A stretch of 64,000 nucleotides of DNA from Nitrospirota bacterium (GCA_963701855.1 CAVPBK010000014.1:53719-117718); one strand, 5' to 3'; counted from the stretch's first letter, positions 29,556 to 39,682 are shown. The notes: generated by a model from the letters alone, not told the origin. Numbers and translations: made by a program.

Positions 29556-30560
29556 CTACTTGAGGGCAAGTGGCGAAGGGGATGTTGTCGGACAAGCGCC
29601 AGGCGTCATGTACAGCAAGTAGTTTCCCATCCCATGCTGAGCCTCTTTTTTCTGCAAAGGATGGTGATGGACCATGAGCATCTCATAGTCATCAGCCTTC
29701 GTCACAGGAAACCCCTGACTGTCTTTATAGACTTGATGTGGCTGAAATTCGAGGAAGGTCCCGTCCTGGGTGACGTCAGGAACCGTCCGCAGCAGGGTTT
29801 GTTTTTTTGTCATATTGTCCAGCCCGATCATGAGGAGTTCGTCATGCCCATGTGGGTAGGCGAACTTCACACAGCCATCCATCCTGAACTTGAGCGGCGC
29901 CTTATGGACCTGGACTCCTGTTGTGACCTCAATCCCTTCATCCGTCTGGTCCGGACCTCGCTGGGAGAATTTGCTGAAGCACACAATATTGACACCGACC
30001 TGGTATACGTCCATTTCTTTGACGGGGGCTCCATCCGGTGCCATATACATGGTGAAGGTGGCCATCACATCTTTGGTGATCGGCGCCTTGTGATAAAATG
30101 CAACAATCGACATGAGGTGATCGTCCTTGGCGAGCTTAACCCCGTAGCCATCAGGAAAACGCGTCTCGGTCATCTCCAGCCCTGCTCCCGCAAAGAACAA
30201 CGGTTCGCCCTCGCATGAGACGCTCGGTTTGCTGTTGTTGAGCATCAGGATGTGATGGAGATAGTTCTTGGGGAGAGGCTTTCCTTCTTTGGTGAAGACC
30301 GCAGTCTTGTACCCCACCATATGCATATCTTTGGGAAGCTGAAAACTATGCTTGGGCATCGACGCCGCGAGGTCTCCGTCGTGACCGGCTGGAAGATCGA
30401 TGGGACCGAACGCGAGGGTGACGGTATTGGCCCCGTATGTCACTGCCGTTGTAGTTTGATGGGAAAGGGTCGGAACAGCATGGTGGTCGTGACCACCGTC
30501 TGCGAAGACAGAAGTGACCAGACAGATGCCGGTGAGCAGAGTGAGGAGAGCCAAACGCAT
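29556..30560 (-). CDS. secreted protein, candidate PHM/DBH-like copper monooxygenase
   Basis: GGGAGG RBS and signal peptide; LHH..FYH..FAYPHGH..GMGNYLLY ligand pattern. Confidence 0.6.
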   Translation of the reverse strand: MRLALLTLLTGICLVTSVFADGGHDHHAVPTLSHQTTTAVTYGANTVTLAFGPIDLPAGHDGDLAASMPKHSFQLPKDMHMVGYKTAVFTKEGKPLPKNYLHHILMLNNSKPSVSCEGEPLFFAGAGLEMTETRFPDGYGVKLAKDDHLMSIVAFYHKAPITKDVMATFTMYMAPDGAPVKEMDVYQVGVNIVCFSKFSQRGPDQTDEGIEVTTGVQVHKAPLKFRMDGCVKFAYPHGHDELLMIGLDNMTKKQTLLRTVPDVTQDGTFLEFQPHQVYKDSQGFPVTKADDYEMLMVHHHPLQKKEAQHGMGNYLLYMTPGACPTTSPSPLALK

Positions 30561-30637
30561 AGAACCTCCCAAAAAAGAAAAGTGGTGACGCGAATATGAG
30601 ATGCGAGGCTCGTATACGCTTGTAGGGTAAGCAGATG

Positions 30638-31549
30638 TCATCGTGTGGATGGTGGCGTGATCAACCGTTTCCAGACATAGGTCCCGCCATGTTCACGAGG
30701 GGGAATATTTTTCTTGGTGCCGACCCGCGAATACCACCAAACACCTTTAGCCTGGGTCTCGTCTTCGGAGAGGAGGAGTTCGAATCCTCCTTCGCGATCG
30801 TTGCCCGGTTGTTGCCAGGTGCCTTGCCAGAGACGGTCGGCATACTTTGTGGTGACGAATTGTCCGCCGTGTTGGGAATAAGGGCCGTTGCCAGCTTTGT
30901 CGAGTGTGGCCTTGTAGCGTTTGTCGTCCTCCACCTCAAGTATATCCCATTCCCCGCTCAAGTCGGGGGTTGACGAAAGGGGAGCACTGCTGACCAAGTG
31001 TTGCTGAGAAGATGTTGTGGAACGCTGGGCCAAAGAGGCGCCGAGTTGCATGTTCCGGAGCGACTCATGCCAGGACAGCAAGACCCAATGTCCCTCGCGT
31101 TGTTCTAAGACACCGCTTTCCCTGAGAGGAAGCACCGTTTTCCGTTGATCCGGTCCTTCTCCCACGAAGCGAATGTAGTCCAGCTCCATGGTAAACCAGG
31201 CGAGAGTCCCTTTCGTCCAGACCTTGAGCTCATGAATAGGAATTTCAAGTTTAGCTACGGAGGAAAACTCCTCCTGCATGTCATGCTCGAACTCCGGCCA
31301 CCCGACATACTTCCGTCCACCGATGGTGTAGCTGATGATATCGGCGTCATGCGCCATAAAACGAGAGAGGGTTGGCAAGTCCAACTCGGCATTGGCGCGA
31401 ATCAGGGTGCGGATGGCTGCCTCAGGACCGGTCGGTTCTTGTGCAAAACCGACCGACGTGTGCTCGGTCATCAAGAGGAACGCAACGGCGAACAGTGCGC
31501 CGCGAATAACGTAGGACATGAGAGCCTGTTTAGGTTGTGGCCTTGCCAT
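30638..31549 (-). CDS. exported SnoaL/NTF2-like domain protein with an additional C-terminal beta domain
   Basis: Signal-like N-terminus; YVGW..LAW..RESGVL..WVLLSWHES. Confidence 0.7.
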   Translation of the reverse strand: MARPQPKQALMSYVIRGALFAVAFLLMTEHTSVGFAQEPTGPEAAIRTLIRANAELDLPTLSRFMAHDADIISYTIGGRKYVGWPEFEHDMQEEFSSVAKLEIPIHELKVWTKGTLAWFTMELDYIRFVGEGPDQRKTVLPLRESGVLEQREGHWVLLSWHESLRNMQLGASLAQRSTTSSQQHLVSSAPLSSTPDLSGEWDILEVEDDKRYKATLDKAGNGPYSQHGGQFVTTKYADRLWQGTWQQPGNDREGGFELLLSEDETQAKGVWWYSRVGTKKNIPPREHGGTYVWKRLITPPSTR

Positions 31550-31628
31550 GGCAAGGGAAGAGATAGTTAATTGCTCAAGCTACACAGCCAGATATGACTT
31601 GTCAACGACGAAATAATGCGCGGGTGTT

Positions 31629-32390
31629 CTACTGATGGTCCGATATGACGATGACCGTCACATTATCTTCTCCCCCTCTGCTCAGAGCCTGCTCGATCAG
31701 GTCGTGGCAGGCTCGGTTGGGATCGCCGTTTGCGCGGGAGAGTACCGATGCGATGGCTGTGTCCTCTAGCATTTTCGTGAGCCCGTCGCTACAGAGCACA
31801 ATCAGATCATGAGGGGTAATCGGCGTCTCGGTCAATTCCGGTTTCATATTGACGTCCATGCCGAGGCCTTTGGTCAAAATGTGACGCTCAGGATGTGTGA
31901 GTGCCGTAGCCGCATCGATCAGACCGCGCTGCACCCATTTCTCGACGAGGGTGTGATCGCGCGTCAATTGCTTGAGCAGTCCTTCTCGATACAGGTAGGC
32001 GCGGCTATCTCCCAAGTGGGCGATATGAGCGACCGGCATCGGAACCGGCGTGATCGCTATGGCGACGAAGGTCGTGCCCATCCCTTTCAAGTACGGCTTT
32101 GCCTGCACGAGGTCATGAATTCGTCGGTTGGCGCTCGTCACAAGGTCTGTCATGAATTCGCCGGCGGCGCTTGGGTGCTCACGGAGCCAGGATGCTTGCT
32201 CTTGTGCCTCTTGTTCGGCCGCGGCCACAGCGGTTTGAGCCGCGACGTCTCCTGCCGGGTGTCCACCCATCCCGTCTGCCACGATCCAGACGCCGCAGTC
32301 ATTCAGAAGGGCCAGCGCATCCTGGTTCGACGTGCGAACATAACCAGTTTCGGTCCGGCCGACCCCGGTCCACGGTTGGGGTTGTGTCAC
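31629..32390 (-). CDS. PP2C-type Ser/Thr phosphatase (second copy)
   Basis: RTSNQD, VADGMGG, HLGDSR, LCSDGL, GGEDN. Confidence 0.92.
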   Translation of the reverse strand: MTQPQPWTGVGRTETGYVRTSNQDALALLNDCGVWIVADGMGGHPAGDVAAQTAVAAAEQEAQEQASWLREHPSAAGEFMTDLVTSANRRIHDLVQAKPYLKGMGTTFVAIAITPVPMPVAHIAHLGDSRAYLYREGLLKQLTRDHTLVEKWVQRGLIDAATALTHPERHILTKGLGMDVNMKPELTETPITPHDLIVLCSDGLTKMLEDTAIASVLSRANGDPNRACHDLIEQALSRGGEDNVTVIVISDHQ

Positions 32391-33193
32391 GGAGCGACCT
32401 CAACGGGATTTTGGCGGCGGACGGGTGGAAACCCCACAGAAGGTGGGCCGAACCGCGTGACCATCTGGTCGTAGAGCAATGATGCGAGAGGTTCGAGATT
32501 TTGGGTGTCGGCGGCATTGTACTTTAGCAATACATCGCGCGCAGCCTCATCTCCCGCGCACCACTGGTGCCACAGGCGAACGGCTTCCCATCCGTCGAGT
32601 CCCACCACATCTCGGTGACGTTCAATCTGGACTTCGTGCTCGATATGTTTCAGCCCGCCTTGCATGCCGAGTCTGCGCGCCGCGAAGCAGAGATCGAAAT
32701 GCGGTTTCTTAAAGTTCAGCCGAGGGAACTTCGTCTGCAAGTAGGGAATGTCAAACCCGCTGCCGAAAAATGTAATGAACAGGTCTGTCTGCTCCAGTTC
32801 CGCGTGCAGTCGATCTTCGGTTAACGTTTCCCCTCGGACCAGGCTGGTCATGTGCCCGTTACGATACAATCCGACCACTGTCACATGCCCTTCGCGTGCA
32901 GACATCCCTGTCGTCTCAATGTCTAGATAGAGCGTACGAGGGCGAAACGTCTCGAAGAGACGCCAGTGCTCGCGACTCTTCAGGCATGTGCTGAAGAAGT
33001 GTGCATCGCCTGCTTCCAGGCGCGATTGGGCGGTGGCGAGTTCGCGGTCGTACCATTCTTTTCTGGTCGAGGAGATGCCGGGCAGGATCGGAGATTGGAG
33101 GAATGCGGCCCAATCGAGAATGCCCTCTTGCCAGAGACGGCGCTCGGAACTTTGGCCGATACCCTTGAGAAGAACGAAGGATGATGTGAGCAT
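32387..33193 (-). CDS. YprB-like RNase H-fold (DnaQ-type) exonuclease domain protein
   Basis: LDIETTG, FDIPYL, HFDL, GGLK.IE, KYN.AD. Confidence 0.85.
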   Translation of the reverse strand: MLTSSFVLLKGIGQSSERRLWQEGILDWAAFLQSPILPGISSTRKEWYDRELATAQSRLEAGDAHFFSTCLKSREHWRLFETFRPRTLYLDIETTGMSAREGHVTVVGLYRNGHMTSLVRGETLTEDRLHAELEQTDLFITFFGSGFDIPYLQTKFPRLNFKKPHFDLCFAARRLGMQGGLKHIEHEVQIERHRDVVGLDGWEAVRLWHQWCAGDEAARDVLLKYNAADTQNLEPLASLLYDQMVTRFGPPSVGFPPVRRQNPVEVAP

Positions 33194-33288
33194 ATGCGCG
33201 CGGGATTGTAGCCTTGATTTCACCAAATAAACAAGCTAAAGTCCGCGGCCTGAGCGGGGTTTCATCTGATGGCACCGATGAGAACGCA

Positions 33289-33672
33289 ATGGCAGATCTC
33301 CCCAACAAAATTCGCATCACCATCGGCTCTGTGCAGCTCGACGCGGAACTCAAGTCGACGAAGACGGCGCAAGAAGTCTATGCCGCATTACCGGTTGAAA
33401 GCCCGGTCAACACATGGGGCGAAGAGTTCTATTTTAAATTAGCCGGGGTGAAGGACCATCGAGAGACGGCGACGAATCAGGTCAAAGTCGGCGATGTTGC
33501 TTTCTGGGGAGCCGGTCAGGTTCTCGCCATTTTCTTCGGACGCACACCGATGAGCATGGGCCAAGATCCGGTTCCGGCCGATCGTGTCAATGTGATTGGA
33601 CGTATTCTCGGGGATGCCTCGGTGCTGCGGCGTGTCATGGATATACCGACCATTCGGATCGAACGGATCTAG
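33289..33672 (+). CDS. cyclophilin-like fold protein
   Basis: LPV..NTWGEEFYF..GDVAFW..IFFGRTP pattern. Confidence 0.75.
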   Translation: MADLPNKIRITIGSVQLDAELKSTKTAQEVYAALPVESPVNTWGEEFYFKLAGVKDHRETATNQVKVGDVAFWGAGQVLAIFFGRTPMSMGQDPVPADRVNVIGRILGDASVLRRVMDIPTIRIERI

Positions 33673-33960
33673 CAGGATGCTGAAAAATGGGCGGGGTAGC
33701 TGGGACGATCCCCGTGCTCGCGCAACGCGCGGCCTCAGAAGGCCCTCGTTGGACGTGCGCAGTTGGGATCATCCCAGCCACCCCTTAAAAAGTGATGGTT
33801 CCCTGCAGCCTTGCTTGGGACAAGGCGCGTTTCGGCGCGCCAGGGGAGGGTGGGTGAGAAGTCTGACATTTTTGATCATCTTGCGGGAATGTGTTCCTGT
33901 TGTGCTACACGTGCGGACCACCAAAGTTCTCGCGGGCCAACATAGTTTTTCTACGGCTTG
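33673..33960. mobile_element. MITE-like element with IS5/IS1182-like ends
   Basis: CTAG on both sides (33669-33672, 33961-33964); ends CAGGATGCTGAAAAA ... TTTTTCTACGGCTTG; no transposase. Confidence 0.6.
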
Positions 33961-33966
33961 CTAGCT

Positions 33967-34248
33967 ATGAGACTATCGAAAGAACGCGTTCGCCACATCT
34001 CGGAGTCGCTCGCCACCCGGCTGCAGCAGGAGGAGCAAGTGACGATCATCGGGGATCGCAAGGCGTTCGTCGAGCAGATCGGTCATGCCATTCTTGAGGA
34101 ACTGTCGGTTGAAGACCGCCTGAACGCCGAAGTGAGGAAATTGTTAAGCGCCTACGAACAAGATATTGAGAAGGGACAGGTGGACTATCAACGGATGTTC
34201 ACGATGGTCAAAACGAAGCTGGCACGGGAGCGAGGCATCATCTTATAG
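33967..34248 (+). CDS. DUF507 family protein
   Basis: MRLSKERV..ED.L..EVR..F..VK.KLARERGIIL. Confidence 0.8.
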   Translation: MRLSKERVRHISESLATRLQQEEQVTIIGDRKAFVEQIGHAILEELSVEDRLNAEVRKLLSAYEQDIEKGQVDYQRMFTMVKTKLARERGIIL

Positions 34249-34343
34249 AGCGTGAGACGTGAAAGGTGAAACATTGCAAAGATTGAACGTTTGTCCATAC
34301 GTCCTTTCACCTTTTACGTCTCACGTTTCAGGGGCTTGATATT

Positions 34344-34619
34344 ATGTTGAGCGAAGATAAAATCAGCCACCTCTCTCACGTCATTCTTCAGGCGGTTAAG
34401 AAAAGCCCGCTGGTGACGGTACAGGCTGATGAGGGGCGAGTTTTGAAAGAAATCAAGCGGGTGCTCGCATCCGAGTTGGCTCAAGAAGAAGACATTGATC
34501 GAAAGGTCAAAGCGAAGTTGGCCACCTACTCGCGTGGGATCGTCGAGGGAAGTGCGGAGTGGGACGTGCTGTATCGGAAAGCGTTCGAGGAAGAGGCGCG
34601 AAAACATGCGAAGGCGTGA
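34344..34619 (+). CDS. DUF507 family protein (tandem paralog)
   Basis: LSEDKISHLSH..EGSAEWDVLY. Confidence 0.8.
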   Translation: MLSEDKISHLSHVILQAVKKSPLVTVQADEGRVLKEIKRVLASELAQEEDIDRKVKAKLATYSRGIVEGSAEWDVLYRKAFEEEARKHAKA

Positions 34620-34644
34620 GAAGCCGATGGAACGTGGAGGCGCG

Positions 34645-35088
34645 ATGAAATTCCTATCCATACTCGGAGCGGTCTTCATGCTCGTCGGGGTCGTCGCCTG
34701 TTTCAAGACCAAAGAGAAACCGTTGGTTCCTCTTGCGCTTGAGTCCGGGGTGAAGCCGCAAGTGGTGACGCTGACTGAACAGGGAACGCAGGCTTATCAA
34801 GCGAATCAGTTCGACGATGCGAAGAATTATTTTTCTCAAGTGGTGGCTGCGGCTCCTCAATCGGGGCCCGCACACTATAACTATGCCTTGGCCCTGAATG
34901 CCTTAGGTGACTCGGAACAGGCGCGCCAACAGTTCATGGAAGCGGCCAACCTGGCTCCGGGAAACAAAGTAATCTGGGATTCGCCCGCGCTTCGTCCCTA
35001 CGGCAACCCAGAGTCTCCGAAAAAGAAACAACAAGGTCCAATGGGGGCCACCCCCACCAGGCCGAGCATGGGTGGTGGGCCGCGATAA
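34645..35088 (+). CDS. TPR-containing lipoprotein
   Basis: GGAGG RBS, lipobox VVAC, TPR motif AHYNYALAL. Confidence 0.8.
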   Translation: MKFLSILGAVFMLVGVVACFKTKEKPLVPLALESGVKPQVVTLTEQGTQAYQANQFDDAKNYFSQVVAAAPQSGPAHYNYALALNALGDSEQARQQFMEAANLAPGNKVIWDSPALRPYGNPESPKKKQQGPMGATPTRPSMGGGPR

Positions 35089-35210
35089 TGCAGCAGGCTA
35101 AGGTCGAGGTTGAGCCAGGATCAGACTCTTTCAATCTCAGCCTTGACCTTCAGAAAGCGGGCGGACTTTTTCAGTATCCTGCTAAGCAACCGAAGAAGGA
35201 GTGAGCGAAG

Positions 35211-35678
35211 ATGGCAAAGGAACTCGAAGTCGGTAATAAGGCACCCGCCCTGTCGCTTCCCGATCAATCGGGAGAACCGGTCAGCCTGAAAGATTTTACG
35301 GGCAAGCAAGTAGTCCTCTATTTTTATCCCAAAGATGATACTCCTGGCTGTACAACGGAATCGTGCGATTTCCGCGATGCCGCTACGCCGATCAAGAAGG
35401 CAGGCGCGGTTGTGTTGGGCGTGAGTTTTGACGGCCAGGAATCCCACCAGAAATTCATCAAGAAGTTTACCTTGCCGTTCACGTTGCTTAGCGACGAGGA
35501 CAAGGTCGTCGCGAAAGCCTACGGGGTCTACAAAGAGAAAAGCATGTACGGTAGAAAGTATTGGGGTATCGAGCGCAGTACCTTTGTGATCGACCAGGCA
35601 GGCAAGTTGAAGGCGATCTTTCGCAAGGTCAAGGTTGGCGGTCACGTCGATGAAGTGCTTGCGGCTCTCAAGGCGTAA
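35211..35678 (+). CDS. bcp: thioredoxin-dependent thiol peroxidase Bcp
   Basis: YFYPKDDTPGCTTESC, GIERSTF. Confidence 0.95.
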   Translation: MAKELEVGNKAPALSLPDQSGEPVSLKDFTGKQVVLYFYPKDDTPGCTTESCDFRDAATPIKKAGAVVLGVSFDGQESHQKFIKKFTLPFTLLSDEDKVVAKAYGVYKEKSMYGRKYWGIERSTFVIDQAGKLKAIFRKVKVGGHVDEVLAALKA

Positions 35679-35686
35679 TCTTTCCT

Positions 35687-35812
35687 CTGGATGCTGAAAA
35701 AGCCCGCCAGCTTCGTTCTCGCCTTGAAAGCATCCTCAACGTAGCCCAGAGGCTACGCCTCCGGTGCTTTCGTCGGCTGCGGCCTTGCTGGACGGACTTT
35801 TTAAGCATCCTG
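35687..35812. repeat. ~126-bp palindromic MITE-like repeat; related copy at 45758-45886
   Basis: Ends GGATGCTGAAAAAG / CTTTTTAAGCATCC; shared core TCCTCAACGTAGCC.AGAGGCTACGCCTCCGGT. Confidence 0.75.
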
Positions 35813-35852
35813 TTGGGTGTTTCCCTTTTGTTCTTATGCGGCTGTGCGGCCT

Positions 35853-36716
35853 ATGAGTATTCTCCTCCGCAGAGCCAGTCTCTTCACCATCATTCTTTTC
35901 TGGACTGCGACGACTACCCTCTCCGCAGCGGAAAAGATTTCCGGAACCTTGACGGTTCACGATAGCCTCACCTCGCCCAACCAGCCGGCCAGTATTGAAG
36001 CGACGCTCATAGGGAAAAGCCTCCTGGCGGAGCCAGGTTTGGCAGGAGAACCCATCGAGCTTCTCGTCGCCAGCAAGGTCGTCGCGACCGCAATGACCAG
36101 TGGCGATGGGCGAGCTATCTTGTCCTATACCCCGAAGGCCAAAGGGGTTGTCCCTTTCACCGCGCGCGTCGGGGCTACATCGAGAGTTGCCGTGACCGAA
36201 GCTGCTGGGAATCTGGCAGTGTGGGAACATCGAACTCCGATCCTCGCAGTAGAAATGTCAGCGCTGGTGGAAGGGATCGTTGCACCGGGGCCTACCGCGA
36301 CTGCTTCTGTGAAGGATGCGGAAGGCAGACGCCCAATGCCTGATGCCGCTGAGGAACTCGGCAAGCTCACGCAGTTCTACTACAACGTGATCTATGTGGT
36401 AACGCAGGATAAGCAAGCTGGTCCCACCGATCAGGTGAATGCGCAAGCCAGACAATGGCTCAAGGATCAGAAGTTTCCGGTCGGACACATTCTCGTGCTG
36501 CCTTCCGGTCCAGAGGCGTTTGGGGCGAAACTTGATGAATTGCATGCTGCCGGGTGGAAGACGCTCAAGCTAGGTGTGGGGCGTACGAAGGCCTTTGCCG
36601 AAGCCTTTCTCCAACGTCGGTTGGAGGCTGTGATGGTGCCTGAACCGGCCAAGGGGGAGGCGCCGCGCAAGGCGAAGGTGGCGAAAGAGTGGAAGGATGT
36701 GCGGAAAAGAATGTGA
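35853..36716 (+). CDS. exported hypothetical protein (Ig-like region plus possibly degenerate HAD-like region)
   Basis: Signal peptide, beta-rich N-terminal half, alpha/beta C-terminal half lacking DxD. Confidence 0.6.
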   Translation: MSILLRRASLFTIILFWTATTTLSAAEKISGTLTVHDSLTSPNQPASIEATLIGKSLLAEPGLAGEPIELLVASKVVATAMTSGDGRAILSYTPKAKGVVPFTARVGATSRVAVTEAAGNLAVWEHRTPILAVEMSALVEGIVAPGPTATASVKDAEGRRPMPDAAEELGKLTQFYYNVIYVVTQDKQAGPTDQVNAQARQWLKDQKFPVGHILVLPSGPEAFGAKLDELHAAGWKTLKLGVGRTKAFAEAFLQRRLEAVMVPEPAKGEAPRKAKVAKEWKDVRKRM

Positions 36717-37017
36717 GGGCAGCCAGGTAGCTCCCCTTGCTCGTGGAACGCGCACGATGAAACAGTGCTCGTTCGACACGCGCAGTGGAGGAGCCACCTG
36801 GCCGCCCTCTTGAGGAGATGTTTTTCACTCTGGGTGGAGGAAAAGAGTAAAAGACGAAAGAGGCCCTTGAATGCAAAGGGGGTAACAGACATTCGGCAAG
36901 AAGTCCCAAGACGTGTGATACGGACACAATACCAGAACTCCGCATCTTCTACGGATCAGTCTATTATTAGGCATCAGCAACTCACGAGGCCTCCCACATC
37001 ATCGAACGATATCTGCT

Positions 37018-37578
37018 GTGAAACGCTTCACCTCATCCATTCGCAAGTCCGTTCAGGACGGGAATCTGTATGGCGCACTATTTGTATCCCTTGCAATGCC
37101 AGACATCTGCGGTGCACTTGAAGATCCCCTGGCAGCGGTCGGGGAGCGCTACAAGGCCTGGTTTCGCCGCTACCTCAACCCTAAATACGATCCCGCAACT
37201 CAGCTGGAGTTCATAACTGCGACCGTGCCACAAGCAGCGGCATCATTACCTCCGGAGGCAATCAGCAGTTTGCAGACTCCATTCGACCAAAACTTGTCAT
37301 TCACGGCTGAAGATTGCTATCAATGCAGATGCAGATGCCTGCATCAAGGGCTCCTCGAGAGGTCTGGCCGAACGAAGTTCATATTCATCTCCGGCCTCCC
37401 CACAGGCACCATCCTCCACAGGAATTTAAGGAATGGGCAGTTGGTGTTGCAGATTGAGCTCTTTGCCGAAGACATGTGTCTTGCCGTAGAAGACTGGGAC
37501 AGGGACGTCCGAAGTAGTGGTGCAGTCGCTTCAAGAATAGACGACCTCATATCGATCACTGAATGGTTCAATCTGTAG
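37018..37578 (+). CDS. gene-cassette ORF, candidate HEPN-like protein
   Basis: ALFVSLAMPDICG..Y..W..CYQCRCRCLHQG (RxxxxH); followed by attC. Confidence 0.65.
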   Translation: MKRFTSSIRKSVQDGNLYGALFVSLAMPDICGALEDPLAAVGERYKAWFRRYLNPKYDPATQLEFITATVPQAAASLPPEAISSLQTPFDQNLSFTAEDCYQCRCRCLHQGLLERSGRTKFIFISGLPTGTILHRNLRNGQLVLQIELFAEDMCLAVEDWDRDVRSSGAVASRIDDLISITEWFNL

Positions 37579-37605
37579 CGGATGCTTGCGACGCATGGAC
37601 CTAAT

Positions 37606-37664
37606 GCCTAACCCTTCCCTTGAGGCGACTGCCCATGGGCAGCGCCTCATGTCAAACGTTGGGG
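37606..37664 (+). other. integron attC site (59 bp)
   Basis: GCCTAAC ... GTTGGGG with stem TGAGGCG(A)CTGCCC-AT-GGGCAGCGCCTCA. Confidence 0.8.
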
Positions 37665-37777
37665 GAGGTGTGAGTACGAAGGGTCACAAGCAGGGAAATA
37701 AACGGGGACATTCTGAATTTTTACGGGTGACCATGCGAGATTTACTGGAAGAAACCAGTATGTCCATATATATCCTT

Positions 37778-37868
37778 CCCTAACAAGGCGCTCCAGCCGA
37801 CCGCCAGGCAAGTTCCTCAGTTCCTCCATGCTGTCGTGGCACGCGGCGGCTGGGCTGTGGCGGTAGAT
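37778..37868 (+). other. degenerate integron attC site (91 bp)
   Basis: CCCTAACAAGGCGCTCCAGCCGACCGC ... GCGGCGGCTGGGC..GGTAGAT; core GTT mutated to GGT. Confidence 0.65.
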
Positions 37869-38135
37869 TTCATAGAACATCGCTGATACAGTTTCGTGCG
37901 AACACGGGCGGGGTCATTGTACTTTTTCTGGGGCATCTTGGTCTATGTTTCTTCGTGCACCATAATACTGCTCTTTCTCTCTCAGTAGTCAGGAAGGGCG
38001 GCCTGGCGTTTTCCCATGGTGCGCGCGTCCAACGAGAGGACCCTGCGACCGCACGTTGCGCGAGCACAGGGAATCGCCAGGCCAGCCTTTCTTTCCTCCT
38101 ACCGTAGGTTGAATGATCTCGACTGTTAGCTGGAC

Positions 38136-39506
38136 TCAGGGCGCAAGGGTAACGGCCTCAATGGCTTCCCTCAGAATTTCGACCATACGTCTGAGCTCAG
38201 GAAGCGACATGTTGAGTGGGGGCATGAGGACCATGACGTTGCCGATTGGGCGCAGCAAGAGCCCACGGCTGCGCGCGTCCATCGCCACCCTGTGGCCGAT
38301 TCGGGCTTCGAGCGGATAGGGTTTCTTCGTCTGCTTCTCTTTCACCAACTCGATGGCCACGATGAATCCCTGCTGCCGGATCTCGCCCACTTGGGGCAAT
38401 TGCTTGAGTGGCTGAAGCAGTCGCGCAAGTGTCTTGATTTTGGGTTGCAATCGCGCCAGCGTTTTCTCTTTCCTGAACACCTCAAGGCTCGCCAGTGCCA
38501 CGGCGCAGCCGAGCGGATTGCCGGTGTAACTGTGGCCGTGGAAGAACGTTTTGAAGTCTGCGTATCTGCCGAGAAAGGCCTGGTAGATCTCGTCGGTGGT
38601 GAGGGTTGCGGCCAAGGGCATGTAGCCGCCGGTCAATCCTTTGCTGATCGCCATCAAGTCCGGCATGACCTCCTCATGCTGGCAGGCGAACATCTTGCCG
38701 GTGCGGCCAAATCCGGTGGCGACTTCATCGGCGATTAAGAGAACATCGTACTTGGTGCATAGCTCACGAACTCGCTTCAGATAACCTGGAGGGGAGGTCA
38801 ACATGCCCGCTGCGGCTTGGACAAGTGGCTCGATGATAAAGCCGGCCAGTTCGCGGTGCCGCTCCTTGAGGATCTGTTCAATCGGGTCGAGGCAGGCCAT
38901 TTGGCAGGAAGGATAAGTCAGACTGAGCGGGCAACGATAGCAATAGGGCGGATCGGCTTCGGCGGTGGAGAACAGCAGCGACTTAAATCGTCCATGGAAG
39001 AGGTCGATGTTGCCCACACTGACGGCGCCGACTGTATCGCCGTGGTAGGCCAGTTTTAGATGCAGAAATGTATTTTTGGGACCGGCTTCGGGCCGCCGTA
39101 GCTGCCAGTACTGGACCGCCATCTTGAGCGCGATCTCGACCGCCGTCGATCCATCATCGGAATAAAAGACCCGCGTCAGGCCTTTGGGCACGATTCGGAT
39201 CAATGCTCGCGCGAGCTGGATCGCCGGTGGATTGGAAAGTCCGAAGAGCGATGAATGGGCAATTTTATCCAGCTGCTGCTTGATCGCACGGTCGAGCGAT
39301 GAATGACGATGGCCGTGGAGATTGACCCAAATGGAAGAGGTTCCGTCGAGGTACTTCTTTCCGTCCGTATCGATCAGGTAAGACCCTTTCCCCCGCTCGA
39401 TAATGAGCGGCTCCTCCTGTTCCCATTCCTGCATTTGGGTGAAGGGATGCCAAAGGTACGTTCGATCCCAGTCGATCAATTGTTTCGTAGAAGGCGGTCG
39501 AGCCAT
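38136..39506 (-). CDS. bioA: adenosylmethionine-8-amino-7-oxononanoate aminotransferase
   Basis: WHPFTQM, DGSTAVEIALKMA, YHGDT, DEVATGFGRTG, FFHGHSYTGNP. Confidence 0.95.
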   Translation of the reverse strand: MARPPSTKQLIDWDRTYLWHPFTQMQEWEQEEPLIIERGKGSYLIDTDGKKYLDGTSSIWVNLHGHRHSSLDRAIKQQLDKIAHSSLFGLSNPPAIQLARALIRIVPKGLTRVFYSDDGSTAVEIALKMAVQYWQLRRPEAGPKNTFLHLKLAYHGDTVGAVSVGNIDLFHGRFKSLLFSTAEADPPYCYRCPLSLTYPSCQMACLDPIEQILKERHRELAGFIIEPLVQAAAGMLTSPPGYLKRVRELCTKYDVLLIADEVATGFGRTGKMFACQHEEVMPDLMAISKGLTGGYMPLAATLTTDEIYQAFLGRYADFKTFFHGHSYTGNPLGCAVALASLEVFRKEKTLARLQPKIKTLARLLQPLKQLPQVGEIRQQGFIVAIELVKEKQTKKPYPLEARIGHRVAMDARSRGLLLRPIGNVMVLMPPLNMSLPELRRMVEILREAIEAVTLAP

Positions 39507-39682
39507 AGCGGTTGGGCAGAACGTTATTAGTTAATCATCAATCGGTAATCGTTGAACCGGTAGGATCACCGGTTGATGTGTGACGGGTCTAAGAGAATAT
39601 GATGCGATGCAGAGTATACGAGGGGGTGTTTGCTTTGACAACCTTGGGGGCAGTAACTATAATAAACCGATTTTATTGGGAA

